64,000 bases of DNA from an uncultured Chitinophagales bacterium (lineage in GTDB: Bacteria > Bacteroidota > Bacteroidia > Chitinophagales > UBA8649), in NCBI GenBank assembly GCA_964655225.1, contig CAZZMB010000002.1, positions 25,344 to 89,343 of the forward strand, in the 5' to 3' direction. The notes beneath the pieces are model-generated. The model worked only from the letters and a program-made list of their open reading frames with translations, had not been told where the DNA came from and ran no database searches. This document shows positions 38,135 through 46,813 of this stretch, in pieces. Within the stretch, counting starts at the first letter, position 1; each line of letters begins with the position of its first letter. Made by a program: the position numbers and the translations under genes.

Positions 38135-38980
38135 TTAACCAATTTTGAAATTAATTGGAATGATATATTGCACAGGAACAGATTTACCTCTTTGTTTACC
38201 AGGAGTAAATTTCGGCATGGTTTTCACTAATTTAAGTGCTGCGTTATCCAATAAGCTATCAGCGCCTTTTGCAATAGTTACATCAGTAACTTCTCCTTTC
38301 TGATTAACTACGAAACGAACGAATACTTTTCCTTCAATATCATTTTCTAAAGCCATTGGAGGATAAACGATGTACTTGGCAATGAACTTCTGAATTTCAG
38401 TATTTGTGCAAGTTGTTGCAGCGTTACCCGATAAATTTTCACAGCCTCTAAACTTAGGCATATCCTCTACAATAGTAAAGATTTCTTGTTCAGCTGACTC
38501 TTCTGGTTCAATCATATCAGGAACTTCAATAATTTCATCTTCTTCGATTTCTATATCTTCAATTTCCGGCTCATCTTCTAAAATTTCGTCATCTTCAACC
38601 ACTTGAATTTCTGGAGGTGGAGGAGGTGGAGGAGGTGGCTTAATCTGCTCTGTTTGAGGCGCCTCAATTTCTAATTCGTCATCAATGGCTTCCATTATTA
38701 AAGCTTTAATTTGTTGAGGCTTATCTCTCCAGCTCAAAGCATATATAGATGATGAAAAAGCCACAATTGCACCAAAAGCTAAAACTACTGTTCTAACTTT
38801 AGACAAATCTGCTTCTGCATATTTTTTCACAAATACCGACTTCGATTCATCAGAGCCCTCATATTTGGAAATGATCTGTTCAGTGCTTTTTCCGCCAGAG
38901 AGCAAAAAATATGCAATGCCGTAACCCGCCGCGACGAGTCCGACAATGATTAATAATAATATTCCTGCTAATTGTAACAT
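38135..38980 (-). CDS. TonB-family energy transducer
   Basis: 281 aa. N-terminal TM anchor, a Pro9 run flanked by an acidic E/D/I-rich spacer, and a C-terminal TonB domain (YPPMALENDIEGKVFVRFVVNQKGEV...PGKQRGKSVPVQYIIPINF). Confidence 0.85.
   Translation of the reverse strand: MLQLAGILLLIIVGLVAAGYGIAYFLLSGGKSTEQIISKYEGSDESKSVFVKKYAEADLSKVRTVVLAFGAIVAFSSSIYALSWRDKPQQIKALIMEAIDDELEIEAPQTEQIKPPPPPPPPPEIQVVEDDEILEDEPEIEDIEIEEDEIIEVPDMIEPEESAEQEIFTIVEDMPKFRGCENLSGNAATTCTNTEIQKFIAKYIVYPPMALENDIEGKVFVRFVVNQKGEVTDVTIAKGADSLLDNAALKLVKTMPKFTPGKQRGKSVPVQYIIPINFKIG
38613..38639 (-). repeat. (GGAGGTGGA)x3 tandem repeat encoding the TonB poly-proline run
   Basis: ggaggtgga ggaggtgga ggaggtggc. Three 9-bp units, with the last differing by one base. 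Confidence 0.9.
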
Positions 38981-38998
38981 TCTAATTTATTTATGTGC

Positions 38999-39361
38999 TT
39001 AAAGATATTTATTTACTATTACATATGCAAACATTGCTCCTGTTCCGTTTGCGAATATATCAAAAACATCAAACATTCTAGTTGATGTAAAATAATATTG
39101 TGAGCATTCAACAATAAATCCATAAAAAAAGGATAACATACAAGCAAAGCCAATACTACGCCATAACTTTCTGTTGAAAAAAGCCTTGTAGAGAACAAAA
39201 GACAAAAGGGAGTACATACTAAAATGTACAATTTTATCTGCTTGCATCACTGGCGCTTTTGATAGCTCTATTGAGGGTAGTAAAGAAACATACATTATCA
39301 TAATTAAAAGAACGATTGCTATACTCGTATAAACAGGATGAATTTTAATTGATGTTTCCAT
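38999..39361 (-). CDS. VanZ-like membrane protein
   Basis: 120 aa with four hydrophobic segments. ADKIVHFSMYSLLSF resembles the VanZ-family DKxxH motif. Confidence 0.5.
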   Translation of the reverse strand: METSIKIHPVYTSIAIVLLIMIMYVSLLPSIELSKAPVMQADKIVHFSMYSLLSFVLYKAFFNRKLWRSIGFACMLSFFYGFIVECSQYYFTSTRMFDVFDIFANGTGAMFAYVIVNKYL

Positions 39362-39458
39362 AAAGATATTTTTAAAAAATCACTCATGTTTTACTTAACT
39401 TTACTTTTCAAATGTAACATGAGCTCTACTACTAAACGCAAAAAATCATTTGTTAATT

Positions 39459-40031
39459 ATGAACATTGGCTTATTCTTTGGTTCTTTTAATCCCATCCAT
39501 TTAGGACATCTGTTTATTGCTAATCATATGGCTCATCATACGGACTTAGATGAGGTCTGGTTCATTGTCTCTCCACAGAATCCATTTAAAGAAAAGAAAA
39601 ACTTACTTTCCGAATATGATCGATTACATTTAGTTAACTTGTCGATTGAGGATAATCCAAAACTAAGATCGAAGGATATAGAATTTTATTTAACTAAACC
39701 ATCCTATACTATCGATACCTTAATTTTTTTAGAGGAGAAATATCCAAATTATCGATTTGCCTTAATTATGGGGGCAGATAACTTAAAAACCCTTCCCAAA
39801 TGGAAGAAAGGTGATTTACTGATGAAAAATTACCCAATTTATGTTTATAAACGCCCAGAAACTGAATTGGCAGAAGAAAAATATCCCACAAACATTATCA
39901 TGCAAGAAACACCTCAAGTGTATTTGTCTGCGTCATACATACGGGAGGAAATAAAGAATGGGGGAAGCATCAAATACCTCGTACCAGAATCAGTAGAACA
40001 ATACATCTATGATTCAGGTTGGTATAAATGA
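39459..40031 (+). CDS. nadD: nicotinate-nucleotide adenylyltransferase
   Basis: GSFNPIHLGH (the HxGH nucleotidyltransferase motif) and a C-terminal SASYIREE region. I prefer the ATG at 39459 (MNIGLFFG...) over the track's TTG at 39450. Confidence 0.9.
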   Translation: MNIGLFFGSFNPIHLGHLFIANHMAHHTDLDEVWFIVSPQNPFKEKKNLLSEYDRLHLVNLSIEDNPKLRSKDIEFYLTKPSYTIDTLIFLEEKYPNYRFALIMGADNLKTLPKWKKGDLLMKNYPIYVYKRPETELAEEKYPTNIIMQETPQVYLSASYIREEIKNGGSIKYLVPESVEQYIYDSGWYK

Positions 40032-40080
40032 AACTGAAAGTAGTGAAGAACTGTTTACCTAATATTCAACCCAAATCAGC

Positions 40081-41226
40081 ATGAAAATTGGAATAGTATG
40101 TTACCCAACTTATGGGGGAAGCGGTGTAGTTGCCACAGAACTAGGTAAAGCGCTTGCAAAAGAAGGGCATCTCGTTCATTTTATAACCTATATGAGGCCT
40201 CCGCGGCTCGATGTGTTTCAACCAAATGTGTTTTTTCATGAGGTCAGTTTCCAAAATTATGCGCTTTTTGAGTATCCACCTTATGAAACAGCATTGGCCT
40301 CCAATTTAGTAGATATTGTAAAATATCAAAACTTGGATTTGCTGCATGTTCATTATGCAATTCCGCATGCTTCGGCAGCCTTTATTGCCAAGCAAATTTT
40401 AAAAGAACAAGGCATTTATATTCCAGTTATTACAACATTGCATGGGACGGATATTACGCTTGTAGGAAAGGCTCCTGCATATAGAAGTGTTGTGGCATTT
40501 TCCATTAATCAATCGGATGGTATCACCACTGTCTCGGAAAGTTTAAAGCGTGATACTTACACCAATTTTGACATAAAAAAAGAGATTGAGGTTATTCCTA
40601 ATTTTATTGACTTTACGCGATTTATGAAATTGGATAAAGAGCATTTCAAAAAAGCAATAGCACTCAACAATGAAAAACTATTGATACATACTTCTAACTT
40701 TCGAAAGGTTAAACGGGTCGAAGACACGATTAGAATATTCCACCAGGTGAAACAGGAAGTGAACAGCAAGCTAATGTTAGTAGGAGATGGCCCAGAAAGG
40801 GCTTGTGCTGAAGAGTTAGCGCGAAAATTAAATGTTGAAAAAGACGTTATGTTTCTTGGAAAGCAGGATGCCGTTGAGGAATTATTGGCAATAGCAGATT
40901 TATATTTGATGCCTTCCGAGAGTGAGAGTTTTGGTCTAGCAGCTCTAGAAGCAATGGCATGTGAAGTTCCCGTAATTTCAAGTAATACGGGAGGTATACC
41001 GGAAATCAATATCCACGGTGATACAGGCTTCTTAAGTGATGTGGGAAATGTTGACGAAATGGCACTAAATGCATTAAAAATTCTAAGTAATGAAGATACC
41101 TTGAAGAGATTTAAGACCAATTCACTCATTCAGGCCAAAAAATTTGACATTGCCAATATACTTCCTACTTATGAAAGGTTTTACGAGAAAGTACTCAAAG
41201 AATCTGTTCAATTCAGTAAGACTTAG
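40081..41226 (+). CDS. bshA: GT4 glycosyltransferase, BshA-like (N-acetyl-alpha-D-glucosaminyl L-malate synthase)
   Basis: 381 aa. The N-terminus MKIGIVCYPTYGGSGVVATELGKALAKEGH..VHFI and the ESFGLAALEAMAC..PVI region closely resemble BshA, from memory. Confidence 0.6.
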   Translation: MKIGIVCYPTYGGSGVVATELGKALAKEGHLVHFITYMRPPRLDVFQPNVFFHEVSFQNYALFEYPPYETALASNLVDIVKYQNLDLLHVHYAIPHASAAFIAKQILKEQGIYIPVITTLHGTDITLVGKAPAYRSVVAFSINQSDGITTVSESLKRDTYTNFDIKKEIEVIPNFIDFTRFMKLDKEHFKKAIALNNEKLLIHTSNFRKVKRVEDTIRIFHQVKQEVNSKLMLVGDGPERACAEELARKLNVEKDVMFLGKQDAVEELLAIADLYLMPSESESFGLAALEAMACEVPVISSNTGGIPEINIHGDTGFLSDVGNVDEMALNALKILSNEDTLKRFKTNSLIQAKKFDIANILPTYERFYEKVLKESVQFSKT

Positions 41227-41237
41227 TCCAGTTAGAA

Positions 41238-41801
41238 TTATCGAATTTGTTTCAGTAAATCCCCCTCAATAAGGTAAATGGCGGATGCTTGGGTGGCTGG
41301 CTCATTCATTGTGGTGTCCTCCAGAATATAGTCTACACTATTTTTTAAATGAACGTTGACTTCCCCAAAGTTTTGTGGGTCAGGTTCTCCACTTAGGTTG
41401 GCCGAGCTTGAAACGATAGGATAGCCCAAATGTTGGATAAGTTTGTGACACTTCCCATGCTTCACTATACGAATTGCAATACTGCCATTTTCGGCAATAA
41501 CATTACTAGCGAGGTTGATGCCTTTCGGATATATTATACTGCTAGGGCGAGTCGATTTAGCTATAAGGTTAAGCGCCACTGCAGGTATTTCGGACACGAA
41601 GGTCTGCAGCATTTCAAGATTAGAAACCAGAACAATCATGCTTTTTTGAGCTGGTCTTTTTTTAAGCTCAAATATTTTATTCACTGCATTAAAATTTCGA
41701 GCATCAGCACTTAGCCCCCAAATGGTATCGGTAAGGCAGAGTATTACGCCTCCCTCATGAATGCTTGATGCAGCCGAAAGTATGGTCTCTTTTGTGCTCA
41801 T
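41238..41801 (-). CDS. tsaC: YrdC/Sua5-domain protein (L-threonylcarbamoyladenylate synthase type 1, TsaC-like)
   Basis: 187 aa. Has the YrdC pattern LTDTIWGLSADARN..AVNKIFELKKRP..KSMIVL ... SSSANLSGEP. Confidence 0.7.
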   Translation of the reverse strand: MSTKETILSAASSIHEGGVILCLTDTIWGLSADARNFNAVNKIFELKKRPAQKSMIVLVSNLEMLQTFVSEIPAVALNLIAKSTRPSSIIYPKGINLASNVIAENGSIAIRIVKHGKCHKLIQHLGYPIVSSSANLSGEPDPQNFGEVNVHLKNSVDYILEDTTMNEPATQASAIYLIEGDLLKQIR

Positions 41802-42901
41802 ATGGTTTCGTAGATTTTTAGAAGCTTCTGCGCAAATTTTTCTTGGGAGAAAGCTTTTGATCTTTCAAAGGCTTGATGAATCCGCTCTTCATTGTTGCCA
41901 AGCAAGAATTCTTGAATTTTTTCACTTAATTCTATTTTATTGGTAGCAGATATTAAGCATTCATCATTTTGAATGACTTCTGCCATACTAGTACCTCTGC
42001 TGGTAATTACAGGCACTTTACTTGTCATTGCTTCCAATACGGGTATTCCAAATCCTTCAACAATGGAAGGGTAAACAAAAATCTTGGCTTCCTGATAAAT
42101 ACAGGGTAAATCTTTAAATTTGACTTTAGGGATGACTTGAACTTCCACCTTTAATTCAGCAGCTAATTGCAACAATTCCTTTAAATATTTTTTACCATTA
42201 CCAACAAGTATCAATGGGATTCTTTCCTGTGGTGGAAGTAATGCAATTGCTTCGACAATTATTTTTTGATTTTTTCTTCCTTGTATAGTTCCAACACTCA
42301 AAATGTACTTATCGGGAAGATTATATTTTCGCTTTACAGCGGTTTTAGTATTTAGGGTATGGGTCGCGTTAAATATTTTATCGCAGCATTGATAAACGAC
42401 TTCTATTTTCTCACCGGGCACCTTCAATAAGTCGATTATATCATTTTTTGTAGCCTCAGAAGTTGCAATTATTTTCTCACACACCCGGGCAGCTCTTTTG
42501 GTCTTAAACCAAAATATTTGACGGTCTAGCCATGAGTAATCCTCTTTAAATCGCACAAAGCATAAATCGTGAATATCTACAATCTTTTTGATGTATAATT
42601 TCTCTATCCCCAAGGGCAACTCATTACTAAGTCCATGATAAATATCAATTTTGTCTTTTTGAATATCTTGCTTAATGGAGAAAGTACGCCAGTAATAACT
42701 GGATATTTTATCCGTTGAATGAATTTCAAATGAGCTAGACAATTTGGACGTTTGAAAATATTTACTAGAACTATTGGGCGTGTACAAAACAAATTGGTGA
42801 CCTGAACCTAACTGGCTTAAACCATGGACCAGATTTCTCCCGTAAACACCAAGTCCAGTAGCATTTGAAAATATTCGTTTTGCATCAATTCCAATTCTCA
42901 T
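41798..42901 (-). CDS. GT4-family glycosyltransferase
   Basis: 367 aa. C-terminal EGFGIPVLEAM...PVITS motif (E-x7-E region) of the GT4/GT1 fold. Overlaps the tsaC start by 4 nt. Confidence 0.8.
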   Translation of the reverse strand: MRIGIDAKRIFSNATGLGVYGRNLVHGLSQLGSGHQFVLYTPNSSSKYFQTSKLSSSFEIHSTDKISSYYWRTFSIKQDIQKDKIDIYHGLSNELPLGIEKLYIKKIVDIHDLCFVRFKEDYSWLDRQIFWFKTKRAARVCEKIIATSEATKNDIIDLLKVPGEKIEVVYQCCDKIFNATHTLNTKTAVKRKYNLPDKYILSVGTIQGRKNQKIIVEAIALLPPQERIPLILVGNGKKYLKELLQLAAELKVEVQVIPKVKFKDLPCIYQEAKIFVYPSIVEGFGIPVLEAMTSKVPVITSRGTSMAEVIQNDECLISATNKIELSEKIQEFLLGNNEERIHQAFERSKAFSQEKFAQKLLKIYETI

Positions 42902-42902
42902 A

Positions 42903-43643
42903 TTAACTCATGTTTTTCAAATGTTTATACTTCCAGTATGTCTCTTTCGCAGTAATCCACGCAATTTGGAAGCCTAAAGGACCATCTAAAAAGCCAAGAA
43001 ATATAAAATAATCGAGAACAAATCTAAACACCGGATTGATATATTGTTTAATAACTGTAGATTTTCTACCTGCCTTTAGCATATTGTTTGCACCCATGAG
43101 TGCATATTTTTTAGCCTTAGTTATATGCGCTGCTTTGGATGACATGGAGTAATGAATAATTTTATGATTCAAGTTGACTTGTTTTTTGTTTGCTATTTTT
43201 AGCCCTTCGTGAACCGCTTCTTCATTCCACGAGACACTGGATTTATGAAACAATCGCGCGTGGCGTTCATTTCTCCAACGACCAAAGCGAATAAGCTTTC
43301 CACAATAGGAATTGGCAAATGGAATGCTGTAGACCACATGAGCATCTAAGGTCAGTTGACTTATCTCACGAACTAATTCTTCAGTCATTATTTCATCAGC
43401 ATCTAAAGACAATATCCAATCATGACGCGCTAAACTGTTTCCGTAATTTTTTTGAGCGCCATATCCAGCCCATTTTTTTACAGAAAAACTAAGCTTATAC
43501 TTCTTGCAGTATTTTTTCGTTTTGTCCGAACTGCCACTATCCACTACTACAATATCATTGCTAAGCATTTTAGCTTTATCAAGCACTTGAAGAATAAATT
43601 TCTCTGCATTTAAACTTATGATAACTATGGATATATCATTCAT
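42903..43643 (-). CDS. GT2-family glycosyltransferase
   Basis: 246 aa. ISIVIISLNAEKF...VVDSGSSD...LSLDADE carries the DxD motif of a GT-A fold. Confidence 0.8.
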   Translation of the reverse strand: MNDISIVIISLNAEKFILQVLDKAKMLSNDIVVVDSGSSDKTKKYCKKYKLSFSVKKWAGYGAQKNYGNSLARHDWILSLDADEIMTEELVREISQLTLDAHVVYSIPFANSYCGKLIRFGRWRNERHARLFHKSSVSWNEEAVHEGLKIANKKQVNLNHKIIHYSMSSKAAHITKAKKYALMGANNMLKAGRKSTVIKQYINPVFRFVLDYFIFLGFLDGPLGFQIAWITAKETYWKYKHLKNMS

Positions 43644-44862
43644 CTTTTCTGTGCTTTAAAAGTAGTGACCCCATTACAAGAAAGAAGCTCATACCTATTT
43701 GAGATTCGAAGGTATTTTCAACTAATGAAGATGATAATATGATTATCCAAAGAGTAATATAAAGTGGATTTTGAAGCACTCCTTTTTGAATTAGTGGTAT
43801 ACAAAAAACTAGAAAAACAGCAAGAGCTCCAAATACGCCCATTTCTACCGCACTAAATAAAAATTGATTGTGTGGTACCTTTTGATTTTGTTCCGCTACA
43901 TATGGGTGATTTTCTTGATAATAATTTCTACTCACCTTTTCAACTTGACCGCAGCCATATCCCATTAAAGGCTTCTCCGTAATGAGTACGTTTGCCATTT
44001 TTAAAGATCGCCATCTTCTTCCATCAGAGTTATGTCCAATATTGCCGGCCTTAATCTGTTCTGCATCATATTTCATGTAAGCTACTTTGCTTTGGAAACT
44101 AGGAAAAGCTTGATAAGCGATAAATGGCATTGCTATTACCGCCAATCCAAACAATGGAAGCACCCAGAGTTTCCGAAAGTAAAATGCGAAATAAGAGATA
44201 AGAAAAATAAGCCCTAAATAGTAGCTAATTAAACCGCTACGAACGGACAAAATATGAATCAGAACAAATAGAAAAAAACTTGCGATACTCATAAATATTT
44301 GATCGTTACGGCATAAGTAAAGCTTACCCTTAACTGCAAAGTAAAGACCAGTTAATCCAGCAAAAGCCACCATTAAACTGAAGCGGATATGATTGAGTGG
44401 TGCTGGGATGTTTTTAGCTAAAGCAATTTGCGCGGTGTAATATTCGTAGTTGGAAAAGTAATTGACTAAAACCACCATTCCACTAACTGAGATGATACCT
44501 ACAAAAAAGGCTAAGACAAGATTAAGATTGATGGTCTTTGGCTTTTTAATAGCCGCGATACTTAGCGGAATAATTAACCACGGGAGCCTGTAATAGACTT
44601 GCTTAAATCCAAGAGAAATATCAGGTGAAAACAAAACAAAAGTTAAACTGGTCAAGAAAAATATTGTTCCTGATAGAATTCCGAAATTGCCAATTTTGAC
44701 AAATTGCCAATTATGTTCTTTGCCAGAAACTATCAAATTAAAAGCAAGAAGCAAAGTGCCAATACTAACAAGGGCCCTCGAAGAGATTAACCCAAATAAG
44801 ATAAGGAATATTATGAGGATAGTTCGATTAGTATACGATTTCAAACTGCCAATTTGACTCAT
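43636..44862 (-). CDS. O-antigen ligase/polymerase-family membrane protein (Wzy_C-like)
   Basis: 408 aa with about 10-12 TM helices. A large loop contains GHNSDGRRW...GYGCGQ...PHNQFL, typical of the O-antigen ligase family. Confidence 0.65.
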   Translation of the reverse strand: MSQIGSLKSYTNRTILIIFLILFGLISSRALVSIGTLLLAFNLIVSGKEHNWQFVKIGNFGILSGTIFFLTSLTFVLFSPDISLGFKQVYYRLPWLIIPLSIAAIKKPKTINLNLVLAFFVGIISVSGMVVLVNYFSNYEYYTAQIALAKNIPAPLNHIRFSLMVAFAGLTGLYFAVKGKLYLCRNDQIFMSIASFFLFVLIHILSVRSGLISYYLGLIFLISYFAFYFRKLWVLPLFGLAVIAMPFIAYQAFPSFQSKVAYMKYDAEQIKAGNIGHNSDGRRWRSLKMANVLITEKPLMGYGCGQVEKVSRNYYQENHPYVAEQNQKVPHNQFLFSAVEMGVFGALAVFLVFCIPLIQKGVLQNPLYITLWIIILSSSLVENTFESQIGMSFFLVMGSLLLKHRKDE

Positions 44863-44902
44863 GATTTTGGATGGTGTAGTTTTTGAACGATTAATTATAG
44901 AT

Positions 44903-44910
44903 TATATTTG
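44903..44910 (+). promoter_or_regulatory. candidate -7 box (TATATTTG) overlapping the ORF-track start of the ECF sigma gene
   Basis: The TAnnTTTG match covers the TTG at 44908. In-frame GTG codons follow at 44914 and 44917. Confidence 0.4.
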
Positions 44911-45489
44911 AATGTGGTGAGTAAAGATAATTTAACAAAGCAAATAAAAGATAAAATTTTTAATGAGGAGTTAATTCCTCAGGCAGATGCTTTGTACAAT
45001 TTTGCTTATTCGCTTGTTTTTGAGGAAGCCCGTGCGCAAGATCTTGTTCAAGAGGCTTATCTTAAAGCCTATCGGTTCATCCATTCTTTTGAGCCAGGAA
45101 GCAATGCAAAAGCTTGGCTATTCCAGATATTGAAGAATGCCTTTATTAATGAATATCGAAAAAAGAGTCGTCAACCGCAAAAAGTTGATTTTGAAGATTA
45201 TAAAGATAAAAATCAATTAGAGAAACAAGCTTCAAGTATTGATATTGGACAAGACATTTATACCCACATGATAGGCGATGAAATTACTGGCGCATTAAAT
45301 AGTCTTCCAGTCGACTTTAGAGTTGCCATTATTTTGTCTGATATTGAAGGATTTACATACGATGAGGTTGCAAAAATTTCAGATATTCCTATAGGTACGG
45401 TTCGGTCTAGATTGTTTAGGGCTAGAAACTTAATGAAGGATCAGTTGCGGGATTATGCTAAAGAAAAGGGGTTTAAAGAATTGAGATAA
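44908..45489 (+). CDS. ECF-type RNA polymerase sigma factor (start uncertain: TTG 44908, GTG 44914 or GTG 44917)
   Basis: 193 aa. Region 2 (DLVQEAYLKAYRF...AWLFQILKNAFINEYRK) and region 4 (SDIEGFTYDEVAKISDIPIGTVRSRLFRAR). Confidence 0.85.
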   Translation: MNVVSKDNLTKQIKDKIFNEELIPQADALYNFAYSLVFEEARAQDLVQEAYLKAYRFIHSFEPGSNAKAWLFQILKNAFINEYRKKSRQPQKVDFEDYKDKNQLEKQASSIDIGQDIYTHMIGDEITGALNSLPVDFRVAIILSDIEGFTYDEVAKISDIPIGTVRSRLFRARNLMKDQLRDYAKEKGFKELR

Positions 45490-45560
45490 TTTTCAATCGT
45501 CTGAACTTTTTTATTCCATTGATGGTTTTTCCCTAAAAATCCAACCTTAGCTTAAGAGCA

Positions 45561-45797
45561 ATGAAAAAAAGTCACAACTGCAAAGATGTAGTAACACAGT
45601 TTAACCTGATGTTAGATGGTGATCTGAATCCCAAGGAGGAGCAAGACGTGATGTGTGAGCTTCAGCGATGTATTCATTGTTTAGAAGAATATAACTTAGA
45701 AGAGAAATATCGTCAATTTATAAAAGAAAAAATAACAAAAAAAGGAGTTTCTTCAGCGTTCTTAAACAAGCTTAAAAACTGTGTCCAAGAAAAATAG
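45561..45797 (+). CDS. small soluble ZAS-like anti-sigma factor
   Basis: 78 aa with no TM segment. Cys7 and C32-x4-C37-x2-C40 (MCELQRCIHC) resemble the RsrA-type HxxxCxxC zinc site. It lies directly downstream of the ECF sigma gene. Confidence 0.6.
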   Translation: MKKSHNCKDVVTQFNLMLDGDLNPKEEQDVMCELQRCIHCLEEYNLEEKYRQFIKEKITKKGVSSAFLNKLKNCVQEK

Positions 45798-45798
45798 T

Positions 45799-46236
45799 TT
45801 ATAGTGATTCCTTTAAGTACAATTTTTCTATTTTATCGATGGGCCCTTGGCAAAAAATTTCATGGCAATCTACGCAAGAGACAATCATTAAGTTGAATTT
45901 TACAAGATGTTGCGGGGTGTTACTTTCTAAACATAATGCTTCCACCGATTGAAGGTATCTGCCGGCTTTCTCTTCAAAAACATCCGTTCGAACGCCTGAA
46001 TCAGTAGCTTCCACTGTATATATTCCGTCATAATCTACTGGAAATTTAGCAGAAAATTCTCCTAGTTCAATAGCTCCTTTCCAAGTCAAAGCATCACCAT
46101 GCATTTTCAACATCAAATTAGCCAGAGGTTTGGACTCATACATGATTGAGGCTTCTTTACTAGTTTGATTATTTCCCTTGTTGCACGCAATAAATAGAAT
46201 TATAAATAAGCAGGGTATGGCGCTTATTTTTTTCAT
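45799..46236 (-). CDS. hypothetical lipoprotein with one C-terminal CXXCH motif (possible c-type haem site)
   Basis: 145 aa. Signal plus Cys (LFIAC). CVDCH lies near the C-terminus. The start overlaps the upstream gene's stop (TAATG). Confidence 0.5.
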   Translation of the reverse strand: MKKISAIPCLFIILFIACNKGNNQTSKEASIMYESKPLANLMLKMHGDALTWKGAIELGEFSAKFPVDYDGIYTVEATDSGVRTDVFEEKAGRYLQSVEALCLESNTPQHLVKFNLMIVSCVDCHEIFCQGPIDKIEKLYLKESL

Positions 46237-46712
46237 TATTCAATAATTACGCCATTGGCCATAAATGTATAGGATACCTCAGGCGACAATATTGCTGCAA
46301 TTTCTTCTTCTGTTTGGTTTGCATCAAAAGCATAATGTTTCAATTCCTCAATACTCAAAACTTCTTTGTAAGCCCAACCTTCGAAAGTAGCCATGCGTCC
46401 GTCAGCGTTAAGGGGAACAAAAAATCCATAGTCTTTAAAACGCACCATCATTTCTTTGTCTTCACCAATACTTATGCTCATCCAGCATCCTTTTTTCTTG
46501 CATACATCATTTATTTTGCCGCTAAGTTTTAGTGGAATAGAATCGCCTTCAGTAAAAGAGTCGAAGAAGTTATCCGAAGAAATTGCGCCATCTTTTGATA
46601 TTTTATCTCCAAAATATTCTAATTCCCCCTCGACATCACTTCCTTTAGGACTATCGGAATTGCATGCCACAAGAAAGTTTAAAACAAGTAAAGGTATAAT
46701 CCAGTTTTTCAT
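46236..46712 (-). CDS. DUF4920-like lipoprotein
   Basis: 158 aa. Signal plus Cys (LVAC). The CKKKGCWM...VRFKDYGFFVP motif matches my recollection of DUF4920. Confidence 0.55.
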   Translation of the reverse strand: MKNWIIPLLVLNFLVACNSDSPKGSDVEGELEYFGDKISKDGAISSDNFFDSFTEGDSIPLKLSGKINDVCKKKGCWMSISIGEDKEMMVRFKDYGFFVPLNADGRMATFEGWAYKEVLSIEELKHYAFDANQTEEEIAAILSPEVSYTFMANGVIIE

Positions 46713-46813
46713 AGTATCTTTTTTATCAAAATTAATACTTTATAACTCAAAGTAAACTTTTCAAGTCAATTATTCGTTTAACTTTAAGTTTCACAAACGA
46801 AAAAATACTTACT

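Noticed and set aside
40557-41129. A 190-aa ORF antisense to the bshA-like gene, unusually long for an AT-rich genome.
   Set aside because: It is Ser/Leu/Ile/Phe-rich and low in complexity, as expected when a coding strand is read backwards. It has no recognisable motif, no promoter box and no plausible start context. The sense-strand gene has clear GT4/BshA motifs. I treat it as a shadow ORF. Ribo-seq would be needed to argue otherwise.
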